A stretch of 64,000 nt of DNA, taken from positions 43 through 64,042 of the forward strand of contig JBDRTU010000026.1 of assembly GCA_043823825.1 (NCBI GenBank), written 5' to 3'. The position numbers and the translations under genes are program-made. How positions within the stretch are numbered: the first letter of the stretch is position 1; each line of letters opens with the position of its first letter. The stretch comes from Patescibacteria group bacterium. Lineage in GTDB: Bacteria; Patescibacteriota; Patescibacteriia; Veblenbacterales; UBA10138. The notes beneath the pieces were generated by a model. That model was not told where the DNA came from, did not search any database, and saw nothing but the letters and a program-made list of their open reading frames with translations. Below, piece by piece: positions 29,590-40,150 of the stretch.

Positions 29590-31370
29590 AGTTGCCTTGT
29601 TATATTTTTTTTACTCACACCAAACAAGAAAATCGCGCGTGAAAATTTGTTGCCAGCTACTAAACGTAAAAAAGTTCTAGTAACCGTAATGGCCGAAAAC
29701 ATGCTAATTAAAATACCAATAGATAAGGTAATAGCAAAACCCTTAATCAGAGAGGTTCCAAACCAAATTAAAATTATCGCGGTAATCAAGCTGGAAATGT
29801 TTGAATCACGAATAGAGGTCCAGGCTCGCTTAAAACCCTCTTCAATCGCTTGAGTTAAAGGCTTGCCCATGCGTAATTCCTCTTTTAATCGCTCAAAAAT
29901 AAGAATATTGGCGTCTACAGCCATTCCTACTGATAAGATAAATCCAGCAATACCAGCCAAAGTTAGGGTTACCGACCATAGTTTAAAAATAGCAAAGGTA
30001 ATCAAAGCATAGATAACTAAAGCAACTATTGATAATAAACCAGGCAGCCGGTAATAAAACAACATAAAGAGTGCAACTACAATCAAACCAACAATACCAG
30101 CGAATAAACTTTTTTCTACTGAGACCTTACCTAAAGTCGCATCTACAGTTTGTTGATTAATTAAATGTATTGGTACTGGAAGTGCCCCAGCGTTTAAACG
30201 CTGTGCCAGCTCTTTAGCCTCGACTAAGGTAAATTCACCAGTAATCACTGCTTGCCCGCCAGTAATTTCTTGTTGAACAGTAGGGACACTAATCGGCACA
30301 CCATCTAAGAAAATAGCAACCGGCTTACCGACATTACGACCAGTAATCTCAGCAAATAAATCAGATCCCTCATCATTAAAAGTTAACTGCACTTCAGGAA
30401 TTCCAGTATTGGGATCAAACTGCACTTGGGACCGTTTTAATTGTTTACCAGAAAGACCTGTGCTAATCCATGGATCAACTTGATCAAAAGCAGTACCTCT
30501 TACTAAAATATGGCTAGCCCTGAGCTCTAATACATTTTGCCCGTTTTCTTCAACCTGCCGTTCCCCTGTTTTCTTAATAATATGATAACCAAATTGAGTT
30601 TCTGATAACTCTTTACTTACTTCATCTACTGCTAGCGCTTTCACTGCTTGTTCAAATTCAGGCACCATTACACCCTCTCGAAACCAATCAAGATCACCGC
30701 CTAACGGGGCAGAACCATCTTCGGAAAATTCTTTTGCTAGAGCAGCAAAATCGGCACCCACCACCAAAGCTTTTTGCAATATCTCCTCGGCTAGCTCTTT
30801 AACATTTATTTTTTCTGCCTCATTATCTTGCAATAACTTCCCTTCGTCAGACTCTTTAAATTCTAAAATCGGCGTTTCGCCAATTAGTTGTATGGCCTGA
30901 TTAACATCTTTAATACCAGCGAGCTCCACAATTACACGCCAATTATCGCCCGACTTATTTGTTTGCACAACTGGTTCTGATACACCAAAAAAATTAATAC
31001 GCCGCTCCACCACATCTTTAACACCTTCTACCGCAGCAGCTTCTTCACCAGCCTGAATCTCACTAAGATCGGCTTGGTACACTAGGTGACTACCACCTTG
31101 TAAATCTAAGCCTAATTGCACCTGCCATTTATTCCAAAATGAAGTTCCGGGAATCCAAGCTGGTGCTTTAGGAAAATCCACCAAACCTGTAAAAATAGTA
31201 ATCACCAAAATAACAAACACTAGCCACCATGATTTTTTTCGTGGCGTCATCTTGCCAAACAATACCTTACCTAACCAGAGAAAAGGTTTGCCTAGCCAAA
31301 CTAAAAAACTGGAACCCGAGTCAGTCTCTAACGGGCGATTATTCCTTAAGTTGTCATTACTAGAATTCAT
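29586..31370 (-). CDS. secD: Protein translocase subunit SecD with an inserted parvulin-type PPIase domain
   Basis: SecD P1-base motif LGLDLQGGSHLVY, P1-head motif PVAIFLDGVPISVPTVQQEITGGQAVITG, and TM core GMAVDANILIFERLKEELRMGK. Between base and head lies GADFAALAKEFSEDGSAPLGGDLDWFREGVMVPEFEQAV...FGYHIIKK...LRASHILV, a parvulin domain. Confidence 0.9.
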   Translation of the reverse strand: MNSSNDNLRNNRPLETDSGSSFLVWLGKPFLWLGKVLFGKMTPRKKSWWLVFVILVITIFTGLVDFPKAPAWIPGTSFWNKWQVQLGLDLQGGSHLVYQADLSEIQAGEEAAAVEGVKDVVERRINFFGVSEPVVQTNKSGDNWRVIVELAGIKDVNQAIQLIGETPILEFKESDEGKLLQDNEAEKINVKELAEEILQKALVVGADFAALAKEFSEDGSAPLGGDLDWFREGVMVPEFEQAVKALAVDEVSKELSETQFGYHIIKKTGERQVEENGQNVLELRASHILVRGTAFDQVDPWISTGLSGKQLKRSQVQFDPNTGIPEVQLTFNDEGSDLFAEITGRNVGKPVAIFLDGVPISVPTVQQEITGGQAVITGEFTLVEAKELAQRLNAGALPVPIHLINQQTVDATLGKVSVEKSLFAGIVGLIVVALFMLFYYRLPGLLSIVALVIYALITFAIFKLWSVTLTLAGIAGFILSVGMAVDANILIFERLKEELRMGKPLTQAIEEGFKRAWTSIRDSNISSLITAIILIWFGTSLIKGFAITLSIGILISMFSAITVTRTFLRLVAGNKFSRAIFLFGVSKKNITRQL

Positions 31371-31477
31371 GTTTCAGAAAAAACCAAGGTTAAAACCGAG
31401 GTAACGTTATCACGGTAACATATAAATAACTACCTGACAAGCTGTAATTTAGATAGCATTATTTATTTTTTTTGTTA

Positions 31478-33244
31478 TTAAGCGATAAAACCTCCGGCTT
31501 GTAATTGCCACAGAGTATGGTACACACCGCCGGATTTTTTAAGTAATTCTTGATGAGTGCCTGTTTCTTGAATCTCTCCGTGGCGCATCACAATAATTCT
31601 ATCCATTTTCATTATAGTGGAAAGCCGGTGTGCAATTACCAAGGTAGTTTTACCCTTCATTAAATTGACTAAGGCATCTTGAATAATTCCCTCGGTGTGA
31701 GAATCAAGACTACTGGTGGCTTCGTCCAAAACTAGAATCGGAGCATTTTTTAGAATAGCTCGAGCAATGGCAACTCGTTGCCGTTCTCCACCCGATAACT
31801 TAACTCCTCTTTCACCCACATAAGTTTGATAACCATTAGGTAGTCGATCAATAAATTCGTCACAGTGTGCTAGTTTGGCAGCCGCTATTACTTCCTGATT
31901 AGTGGCGCTTGTCTTGCCATATCTAATATTTTCCATCAGTGTGCGGTGAAAAAGAACTGGATCCTGTGGTACTAAACTTACTTGTCGACGTAAAGAATTT
32001 TGAGTTACTTCTGTTATATTCTGATTATCAATATAAATAGCGCCGTCGGGTACATCGTAAAATCTAAACATCAACGAAACTAAAGTTGATTTACCGGCCC
32101 CCGATGGCCCAACTAACCCTACCTTTTCACCTGCTAACACTTTTAAATTAAAATTCTTAATTACCTCTAATTCTTTAGTATAGGTAAAATTAATATTTTT
32201 AAATTCTACCTCTCCTTTAATTACCTGTAATTTAGTTGCGCCATGCACATCTTTCACTTGGTGAGGTGTATTTAATATTTCCACCATTTCCTCGGCATCA
32301 GCCAAGTGTCGATAAATACGGCGGATCACGCGTCCAAAATCCCACAAACGCATAAAAACCTGAATAATGTAACTCTGAATTAAAACAAAGCCACCAATAG
32401 TTAATAAGCCGCGCTGCCAAAGCGAAATTGCAGCATAAAAAATTGCGAATTCTAAGATAGCCATAAAGGCGCCCTGAATCGTCTCAATATTAGAATCATA
32501 ATCCCAACTCTTCTTCGTTAATCTATATTGCTCCGCAGTCAATTCACCAAAACCCGCTTGCTCCACTGCTAAACCCGTAAACACTTTAACGTTGGCGCTA
32601 TTAGTGATGGTATCTGCCAAATAAGCAGTCACTCTGCTATCTTGAGTAGCGGCTGCCTCATTTAATCTTAACAAACGTAAAGTCAAAAAATAATTGATAG
32701 TCAAATAAAGCAAGGTCCAGGCCAGTAAAATAAAGCCCAGGGTAGGATACAACCAAAACAACACCAACGTCACCGACAGCACCCTAATGGCTGTCGGCAT
32801 TAAATTCCAATAAAGCGAATCGGCTATATCCTCAAATCCTCGCACTAATCTACCAATTTTTCTAACTAAAGCGCCCACAAAACGATTGGTAAAGAAACCA
32901 AACGAATGATTATGTAAATATTCAAAACTGGTATTATTTAGATCGGCAATGACTTTGGGTTGAAAATAGTTGTTAGTGTAAGTAGCGATTCGATAAAATA
33001 ACCATTCAATAGCATTTAATAACAAAATAAACCAAATTATTCCTTTTAATTGCACAACTACCTCGGCTATATTTGAAGCTTGCGAAAACACTAACTCATC
33101 AATAAATTTTTTATAATAAAAAGGAACTATAATCGGCACCACCGACGCTAAAGCAATTGATATTAAGATTATCCAAAAAAACAGCTGATAACGACGGACA
33201 TGCTGCCAAAAAACTACATAAGTTTGTTTAGTGATTTTTTTCAT
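31478..33244 (-). CDS. ABC exporter, fused permease/ATPase (MsbA-like)
   Basis: Six-TM N-domain; Walker A GPSGAGKST, signature LSGGERQRVAIARA and Walker B LVLDEATSSLD. Confidence 0.9.
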   Translation of the reverse strand: MKKITKQTYVVFWQHVRRYQLFFWIILISIALASVVPIIVPFYYKKFIDELVFSQASNIAEVVVQLKGIIWFILLLNAIEWLFYRIATYTNNYFQPKVIADLNNTSFEYLHNHSFGFFTNRFVGALVRKIGRLVRGFEDIADSLYWNLMPTAIRVLSVTLVLFWLYPTLGFILLAWTLLYLTINYFLTLRLLRLNEAAATQDSRVTAYLADTITNSANVKVFTGLAVEQAGFGELTAEQYRLTKKSWDYDSNIETIQGAFMAILEFAIFYAAISLWQRGLLTIGGFVLIQSYIIQVFMRLWDFGRVIRRIYRHLADAEEMVEILNTPHQVKDVHGATKLQVIKGEVEFKNINFTYTKELEVIKNFNLKVLAGEKVGLVGPSGAGKSTLVSLMFRFYDVPDGAIYIDNQNITEVTQNSLRRQVSLVPQDPVLFHRTLMENIRYGKTSATNQEVIAAAKLAHCDEFIDRLPNGYQTYVGERGVKLSGGERQRVAIARAILKNAPILVLDEATSSLDSHTEGIIQDALVNLMKGKTTLVIAHRLSTIMKMDRIIVMRHGEIQETGTHQELLKKSGGVYHTLWQLQAGGFIA

Positions 33245-33332
33245 TAAATAAAAAAATTAAAGCTGAGCGAATTAAAATAGTATCATAATATTCGCCAACT
33301 GACAAGAATAACCCTCTACTACTTACCAACAT

Positions 33333-33839
33333 CTACTTACTAGCAGCTAATTTAGCTGCCTGACGTTTACGGTAATCCCAAATATACCAAATAATATAAA
33401 CAACACCCAACACTGCATAATTACTAAGCAAGAATGAAGAGTGTCCCCAGGCATAACCATCAACAGTATAATTGGAAAACGGCCATAACCAAGGGGTGGG
33501 GAAAAAGTCAGCTTCGTGAAGCGGTACATCAATAGCAATATGTAAAAACGCTGCTGCTAAAGGCCACCATGGTTTGCGACGGATCAACCAAACAATTACA
33601 AAAATAGCTAACCAGGTAAACAAGCTATGCCAAATGTTGTAGAGGGTTAAAATATAGGCCGGAACTACCAAAGCCTGGGGCGACCCAAAGCTCCCACTAT
33701 TAAAAAGGTTTAAAACAAATAAAATGCCAAAGGAAAAAATATCCGGCGCTACTCCAAAAAAGACTGCCATCCAGCGCGCTTCAGATTTAGCTTTTGCGTA
33801 CACTACCGCGACCCACAAGCCGTGGGAAAAAATATCCAT
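33333..33839 (-). CDS. Hypothetical membrane protein, possibly a DUF457/YdjM-like membrane-bound metal-dependent hydrolase
   Basis: 168 aa with four TM helices and conserved His positions (FSHGLW, DVPLHE, WGHS). Weak family recall. Confidence 0.35.
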   Translation of the reverse strand: MDIFSHGLWVAVVYAKAKSEARWMAVFFGVAPDIFSFGILFVLNLFNSGSFGSPQALVVPAYILTLYNIWHSLFTWLAIFVIVWLIRRKPWWPLAAAFLHIAIDVPLHEADFFPTPWLWPFSNYTVDGYAWGHSSFLLSNYAVLGVVYIIWYIWDYRKRQAAKLAASK

Positions 33840-33863
33840 CTTAAAAAATAATAATAAAACTCT

Positions 33864-34667
33864 TTAACCAAATAAATCTATTAAAATAAAAATAATGTCC
33901 ACAACAAATAGAAAAACGATCGCTGCTTCTAATACATTAGCTATACGATTTTGTAATTGATCAATAATGAACTTACTGGAGTTTGAGATAATTTCCAGTT
34001 TTCTGCTGATAATTTGTGAACGGCGTTGAATGGCATATTGAGAAGAAAGGTGCTGATATAGCTGCTGCATTTCTTCTCCCCGTTCCCACACAACCTCAGG
34101 ATCATCTAATAAAGATAAATTATAAGCCAATTCATGTTGAATTGCATTAGCTAAGCCAACTTGTTTTATTAACTCTCGCCGACTAACAATAAAACGGCCT
34201 TCTCGCGACAAGGTATCAACTGATTCTTCCAGTTTTTCTAAATTGCGGTCTATTAGATCTTCATAATATTCCAATGCAACTGAACGAGAAAGTATTATGG
34301 CTACCAACTTAACAATGTCTAAAAAAAATTTATTTACTGATAGCTCGTTTGTAGATACTCTGCTTTTGCGATCGCCTATGTTTAAAGTGAAATTATCAGA
34401 AAAAACTCGGCGGTTGGCGCGGATAGAAAATTGTTTTAATCGAGCCAGCCATTGCTTTTCTTCATTTAACGCAAAATTGAAAAAAACCACTGAGCCATAA
34501 TCAAATACCACCAAATACTTAGTTGCTGCTAATTCTACAATAATTGGATCATGATCCCGAAGTTTTCCCAAGTCCTTTACTTTTGTCTGTAATTTTGACA
34601 AATCAAAGCTAGTAGCTATATCATAAGCTGATACTGAAATAGTTTTATTTTTTCTGATTGGAGTCAT
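33864..34667 (-). CDS. DUF155/RMD1-family protein with a C-terminal TM helix
   Basis: 267 aa with a soluble domain followed by a single C-terminal TM helix (AIVFLFVVDIIFILIDLF). The architecture and length match the YagE/RMD1 family. Confidence 0.45.
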   Translation of the reverse strand: MTPIRKNKTISVSAYDIATSFDLSKLQTKVKDLGKLRDHDPIIVELAATKYLVVFDYGSVVFFNFALNEEKQWLARLKQFSIRANRRVFSDNFTLNIGDRKSRVSTNELSVNKFFLDIVKLVAIILSRSVALEYYEDLIDRNLEKLEESVDTLSREGRFIVSRRELIKQVGLANAIQHELAYNLSLLDDPEVVWERGEEMQQLYQHLSSQYAIQRRSQIISRKLEIISNSSKFIIDQLQNRIANVLEAAIVFLFVVDIIFILIDLFG

Positions 34668-34867
34668 AAGTTAAAGGAGATTACTTTATGTCTGATCAAC
34701 TGTCCTGCCTATAAATTCATTAATAAATTTGCTTAAATTTTAACATTTTTTAACGCACATAGCAAGCGTGATGATAGTAATTTGACAAATAAATAATCAT
34801 GCAATAAAGTGTATGTAATAAACAATGAACTGAATTAAAAAAACACACAAATAAAAGGAGAAGTGTA

Positions 34868-35482
34868 ATGAAAACTGTAATTTTAACAATATTGATAATC
34901 ATCTCGCTCACCCAATTTGCTGCGGCACAGTCTCAACTATTATTACCTAATTTTATTGAACATCAGGTGATTGATATTCATCTTTTAAAATCAATTTACC
35001 ATGATCTAGGAAACTATAAAGCGGAAATATCAACAGGCATAATCTGCTGGGGCACTGGAATCTATTATAGATCTAACTCAACAGATCAAGAAATTTATTG
35101 GACATTGGATGTTGTTGAAGGTAAAATAAATTTTGTTTTTAATTATCAACTAGAAATGGCTGATGCTAAATATTTCGCTACTGTCAAAAAAAGTCCCTGG
35201 CAACTCAGAGTCGAGAACGGAGAAACTACTATTCATTTTGAAGTTAATGAAGTGTTAACAAAAAAAGGGACAATTGGAGACTTTAAAAAAATCTTCGAAA
35301 AATCATTCAAAGAATTATCAACTCTAAGATTTCTAAAAAATCTTAAACTCAAATCATTTTTTGATGAGGAAAAACCAAAACATGATCTACATCTTAAAAA
35401 AACCCGCTGGTTTCAAAAAGCGGGTTTATTTATTTTAATAAATTCTAGGAACGTTGATGATAATCTTGCTTGTTGTTTTTGA
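34868..35482 (+). CDS. Hypothetical secreted protein
   Basis: Clear signal peptide MKTVILTILIIISLTQFAAAQS. A terminator-like hairpin is encoded within the last 80 nt. Confidence 0.5.
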   Translation: MKTVILTILIIISLTQFAAAQSQLLLPNFIEHQVIDIHLLKSIYHDLGNYKAEISTGIICWGTGIYYRSNSTDQEIYWTLDVVEGKINFVFNYQLEMADAKYFATVKKSPWQLRVENGETTIHFEVNEVLTKKGTIGDFKKIFEKSFKELSTLRFLKNLKLKSFFDEEKPKHDLHLKKTRWFQKAGLFILINSRNVDDNLACCF

Positions 35483-35647
35483 TAAATTAGTTGAATTCCA
35501 CAGATTTAATATTCTTATCTTTTTATTAATTATTTACCATGGCAATGTTTATCCCAGTAGTATAAGCTTCGCTTCACTACGGGACTACGCTAGATTTATT
35601 TCATTAAATAACAGTTGTGGCATATTGAACTCTAATGATTAAAATAA

Positions 35648-38368
35648 TTACCTACCGTGACACCGCTTGTATTTTTTCCCACTGCCGCAAGGGCAGGGAT
35701 CGTTGCGGCCGACTTTTTTTCCTGCCGCGTCTTTTACCTTAGCCTGCTGTACTGGAGCTGTAGATGAGGTGGAGCCAAACATTGTACTGCCAGTTGAACT
35801 GGTTTTAGCCGGCCCAAGCTCTTGCATTGGCCTTACCGGAGCTTCGGTAACGCCGGCGGCTCGTTGCGTCAACTCTGTTTTAAAAATTGAATAAACTACG
35901 GAGTTTCGTATAGTAGCCAGAAGATCAGTGTACATTTTATAACTTTCACGCTTATATTCTACTAATGGCTCGCGCTGACCATAACCACGAAGTCCTATAC
36001 CAGCTCGTAAATGATCAATTGTAGTTAAATGCTTAACCCAATAAGAATCAATTGACCTAAGCAAAATAGTCCGTTCCACATTGCGCATAATATCTCGGGG
36101 CTCTTTCTGCTCTAATTTTTCTGCCTGCTTGATTAAATTTTCCTCGTGCTGATTATAAGCTATGACTGCTAACTTATAAAGATAGCCAACCAGCTTGCTG
36201 CGCGCTTTGGCATCAGCAGAAGCGTCACCAGCTTCCTCTTCTATATCTTTTAATTTTTTTCTAACATCTGATGGCACATGGAAAACTGTATTTACAACTT
36301 CATATATTTCTTGCAAATTCCATTTACTCTCATCATCCAAGGCGGTGTGAAATGATACTACTGAAGCAATTTCATCATGAATCAACTCTAATACTTCTTG
36401 TTTTAATGCAGTTGGCTCATTCTTGGCCTGGTTTAATATATTCTGGCGTCGAGTGTAGATTGCTTCGCGTTGTTTGTTTAATACATCATCATATTCAACT
36501 AAGTGTTTTCTAATATCAAAGTTGTTACCCTCTACCTTTTTTTGCGCCGTGGCAATAGACTTAGACACGATCGCATTTTCAATTGGCATATCGTCGGGTA
36601 AACCTAACCGCTCCATCATCATCTTTACTTTCTCACCACCGAAGATCCTCATTAAGTCATCTTCTAGGCTCACAAAAAATTGTGAAGAGCCAGTGTCTCC
36701 TTGGCGTCCAGATCTTCCGCGTAATTGATTATCAATACGCCGTGATTCATGCCGCTCAGTACCAATCACATGTAAACCACCTGCTTCTTTGACAAATTTA
36801 GCTTGGTTTTCGTCAACCGGAGTACCTCCCAAAATAATATCAACACCGCGGCCCGCCATATTAGTAGCAATGGTAACTGCTCCACGGCGACCAGCTTGGG
36901 CAATAATCGCTGCTTCGCGCGCGTGGTTTTTAGCATTCAATACTTCGTGCGGAATTCCTTCGCGAGTTAAGAGCTCGTCTAGAATTTCATTTTTAGCAAT
37001 TGAAATTGTGCCAACTAACACTGGTTGGCCTGCTTCGTGTTTGGCTCTAATTGCTTTTACTGCGGCGGCATACTTAGCTGATTCAGTTTTGTAAATACTA
37101 TCGGTGGCATCTTTCCTAATCATTGGTTTGTTCGTAGGAACTACCACCACTTCTAAGTTATAAATCTTGGAAAATTCTTCGGCTTCGGTAGCAGCCGTAC
37201 CAGTCATACCGGAAAGTTTTTGATACATTCTAAAATAGTTTTGAAACGTAACTGTTGCCATGGTCATACTTTCTCGCTGTATCTGCACATTTTCCTTTGC
37301 TTCAATTGCCTGATGCAACCCTTCGGAATAACGGCGACCAGGCATTAAGCGGCCTGTAAACTCATCTACAATTATCACTTCGCCGTCGCGTACTACATAA
37401 TCTTTATCCCTTTTAAACAAAGCTTTGGCCTTCAAGCCAGCTTCTAACAAATGCACTATTTCTACCTCGGCACCGGTATATAAATTATCTACCCCCAACC
37501 ATTTTTCCGCTTTGGCTATGCCCTCGTTAGAAAAGGTGGCGGCGCGCATTTTTTCATCTACATTATAATCAGTATTTTCTTGCAAGGTCGCAATAAAACG
37601 CGCTACATCGTAATACTTATCTACTGCTTCTTCAGCTGGCGCGGAAATAATTAACGGCGTTCGAGCTTCGTCAATTAAAATTGAATCTACCTCATCAACA
37701 ATAGTGTAATATAATTCACGCTGCACCATCTGTTCTTTTTGCCAAACCATATTATCGCGCAAATAATCAAAACCAAATTCATTATTGGTGCCATAAGTGA
37801 TGTCAGCTCCGTAAGCTTCACGGCGCGCCACTTCGCGTAAATTATTGTAAGTTTCATCCTCATGTTTAGTTCCTGATTCGTAAACAAAAGCGCGTTCATG
37901 ATTAATACAACCCGCTACCAAGCCTAAAGCATTATAAATTTGTCCCATCCAAATAGCATCACGCCGGGATAAATAATCGTTAACCGTAACCACATGAACA
38001 CCCTTACCTGCTAAAGCATTTAAATACACTGCCAAAGTCGATGTTAGAGTTTTACCTTCACCAGTCCTCATTTCCGCAATTTGGCCGCGGTGCAGTACAA
38101 TACCTCCAATTAATTGCACATCAAAATGCCGCTGGCCTAAAGTGCGCTTGGACGCTTCCCGGACACATGCAAAAGCCTCGGGTAATAAATCATCTAAAGA
38201 CTCACCCCGAGCGATACGATGTTTGAATTCTTGAGTTTTGCCTTTTAACTGATCCGGCGAAAGTTTTTCTAATTCTGCTTCTAAGGCATTGATTTTTTCG
38301 ACGGTTGGCTGCAGAGACTTAACTACCCGCGCATTAGGATCACCAAATAGTTTAGTTAAAAATGACAT
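35648..38368 (-). CDS. secA: Protein translocase ATPase SecA
   Basis: Full-length SecA (906 aa) with DEAD-like motor motifs and the C-terminal zinc finger [14 protein letters not shown]. Confidence 0.95.
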   Translation of the reverse strand: MSFLTKLFGDPNARVVKSLQPTVEKINALEAELEKLSPDQLKGKTQEFKHRIARGESLDDLLPEAFACVREASKRTLGQRHFDVQLIGGIVLHRGQIAEMRTGEGKTLTSTLAVYLNALAGKGVHVVTVNDYLSRRDAIWMGQIYNALGLVAGCINHERAFVYESGTKHEDETYNNLREVARREAYGADITYGTNNEFGFDYLRDNMVWQKEQMVQRELYYTIVDEVDSILIDEARTPLIISAPAEEAVDKYYDVARFIATLQENTDYNVDEKMRAATFSNEGIAKAEKWLGVDNLYTGAEVEIVHLLEAGLKAKALFKRDKDYVVRDGEVIIVDEFTGRLMPGRRYSEGLHQAIEAKENVQIQRESMTMATVTFQNYFRMYQKLSGMTGTAATEAEEFSKIYNLEVVVVPTNKPMIRKDATDSIYKTESAKYAAAVKAIRAKHEAGQPVLVGTISIAKNEILDELLTREGIPHEVLNAKNHAREAAIIAQAGRRGAVTIATNMAGRGVDIILGGTPVDENQAKFVKEAGGLHVIGTERHESRRIDNQLRGRSGRQGDTGSSQFFVSLEDDLMRIFGGEKVKMMMERLGLPDDMPIENAIVSKSIATAQKKVEGNNFDIRKHLVEYDDVLNKQREAIYTRRQNILNQAKNEPTALKQEVLELIHDEIASVVSFHTALDDESKWNLQEIYEVVNTVFHVPSDVRKKLKDIEEEAGDASADAKARSKLVGYLYKLAVIAYNQHEENLIKQAEKLEQKEPRDIMRNVERTILLRSIDSYWVKHLTTIDHLRAGIGLRGYGQREPLVEYKRESYKMYTDLLATIRNSVVYSIFKTELTQRAAGVTEAPVRPMQELGPAKTSSTGSTMFGSTSSTAPVQQAKVKDAAGKKVGRNDPCPCGSGKKYKRCHGR

Positions 38369-38489
38369 AAGTTATAGAGTACGATTTACTGTACTACTTT
38401 TTTCAGTATTTGACAAGATAATCAAGTTAGATTAATGTGAATTAAATAAAATTGAAAATTAGAATCAATAAAAATAAAAGGAGTTAATA

Positions 38490-39023
38490 ATGAACTTTAT
38501 CATAGTAACTTTAAATAAAGGGAGTATTCAACTATTAAAAAAACCTCAAGACAAACACCACATCCAAATAGTACAAAGCTGTGAAAAAGCTATTGAAATT
38601 CTGGACCGAATTGTCAAAAAAAATAAAGCAGATGACCCTGGAATAAGAGATTATATATTACTTACTGAATATTCAATTCCCCACGACCAAGGACAACTAC
38701 CTGATCCTTACAATAGTATTACTCTAGCAATGTCTGCTGCACATCGGCATATCGGTAATGTAATAATTGGTTTAGAGAAACCCAGTCTCCCTTATATAAA
38801 TCTAAAAATAGAACACTTAGATAAAACATCTAATAAAAAGGGAGAAAGTTGGTATGTTACCAAGCAAATTATCAAGACAAATGATAGTGAACTGGAAACT
38901 AATATATATTATGTACAACTACCAACTACCACAAAAGGTGTTGATGAAATATTACTTAAACCTGTGGCATACGACTGGCCGGCCATTATCGCATTGCTAG
39001 AGAAAAAACTAAAAATAGGTTGA
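38490..39023 (+). CDS. Hypothetical protein
   Basis: 177-aa ORF opposite in orientation to flanking secA and speB. No family recognised. Confidence 0.45.
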   Translation: MNFIIVTLNKGSIQLLKKPQDKHHIQIVQSCEKAIEILDRIVKKNKADDPGIRDYILLTEYSIPHDQGQLPDPYNSITLAMSAAHRHIGNVIIGLEKPSLPYINLKIEHLDKTSNKKGESWYVTKQIIKTNDSELETNIYYVQLPTTTKGVDEILLKPVAYDWPAIIALLEKKLKIG

Positions 39024-39027
39024 AAAT

Positions 39028-39243
39028 ATGAAATCTGTTAAGATTGAATTAACTATACCAAGCGATCTAGATGGATTAAAAGCTTGTAAAATAATATGCA
39101 AAATTGTCAACAGAAAAATATGTATTGAAGAAAGAGCTGGTTCAAAATTAATCGTGACATCTGTGAAAAGTGTTAAAACAATTCTTAAAAGTAATCGTGT
39201 GCTAGACAGACTAACGCAACATAATATAAAGCCGCGCCCTTAG
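39028..39243 (+). CDS. Hypothetical small protein
   Basis: 71 aa, 4 nt downstream of the previous ORF, followed by a terminator hairpin. Confidence 0.4.
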   Translation: MKSVKIELTIPSDLDGLKACKIICKIVNRKICIEERAGSKLIVTSVKSVKTILKSNRVLDRLTQHNIKPRP

Positions 39244-39265
39244 TATGATCGCGGCTTATTTATTT
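39229..39265 (+). terminator. Rho-independent terminator
   Basis: Stem aagccgcg ... cgcggctt followed by atttattt. Confidence 0.6.
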
Positions 39266-39276
39266 CATTACTAGCA

Positions 39277-40143
39277 TTAGCCAAAAAAAGAATAACCAAT
39301 GATCTTGTACCCCAACTTTGCTGCTAAAAAATCACCAGCGGGCTGGCCAGGAATTGGTGCCAGTTCCACAATATCAGCGCCTACTATTTTTTTCTGCTTA
39401 CCAACAGAGCGTAATAAATCAATAACTTGATACCAAGTCAATCCGCCTGGTTCTGGAGTGCCAGTTCCAGGCACAATACTAGGATCAAAAGCATCAACAT
39501 CAACAGTTACATACACTTGATCACTTAAACACTTGAGTACTTTAGCAACTGATATGTTTGGTGCTTCAAAAATACGATTGATTAGCCCTGTTTTTTTAAT
39601 AAACTTAACTTCTTCTTCGCACATAGAGCGAATACCAACTGCCACGGCAGGAACCCTTAAATCATAAACTCGCCTCATAGAACAGGCGTGGCTATATTTT
39701 GAACCTTGATATTCATCGCGCAAATCAGTATGTGCATCAATTTGCAATACTGATAATTTTTTATATTTTACTTTCAGCGCCGCAACCACTCCGGGAGTGA
39801 TTGAATGTTCACCACCTAAAACTAACGGCCATTTTTTGTTTTTTAATATTTTACCAACCGCTTGCTCAAGATTATTAATTACCTGCTCTGGTTTTGACGC
39901 GCCGAGTTTTAACTCAGGTAAAGTATAAAAACCAAGCGTGGAAATATCCCGCTCTAACTCTAAATCCCACAATTCCATATTACGAGAGGCATCAATTATG
40001 GCATTGGGTCCCTTATTAGTTCCGCCACCATAAGTAGTGGTAGCCTCATATGGAATTGGCAAAACAGCGACCCGCGCTTTTTTACGGTTCACTTTATCCA
40101 AACCGCCAAAATTAAATGGCTCAATGTAAAATTTCGGCTTCAT
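39277..40143 (-). CDS. speB: Agmatinase (arginase family)
   Basis: Metal-binding motifs of the ureohydrolase family: GGEHSIT, DAHTDL and VDVDAFDP. Confidence 0.85.
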   Translation of the reverse strand: MKPKFYIEPFNFGGLDKVNRKKARVAVLPIPYEATTTYGGGTNKGPNAIIDASRNMELWDLELERDISTLGFYTLPELKLGASKPEQVINNLEQAVGKILKNKKWPLVLGGEHSITPGVVAALKVKYKKLSVLQIDAHTDLRDEYQGSKYSHACSMRRVYDLRVPAVAVGIRSMCEEEVKFIKKTGLINRIFEAPNISVAKVLKCLSDQVYVTVDVDAFDPSIVPGTGTPEPGGLTWYQVIDLLRSVGKQKKIVGADIVELAPIPGQPAGDFLAAKLGYKIIGYSFFG

Positions 40144-40150
40144 ATTCTAT

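Noticed and set aside
35667-38226. Multiple 60-100-aa plus-strand ORFs inside secA, and similar antisense ORFs inside murJ, the DUF4012 gene, glycosyltransferases, recJ, sufS, sufC, sodA, secD, murC, murG, ftsW, murD, mraY, pilB, pilC, the S41 gene, the FabH-like gene and the serpin
   Set aside because: All are antisense to long ORFs with clear family signatures, so they are treated as shadow ORFs.
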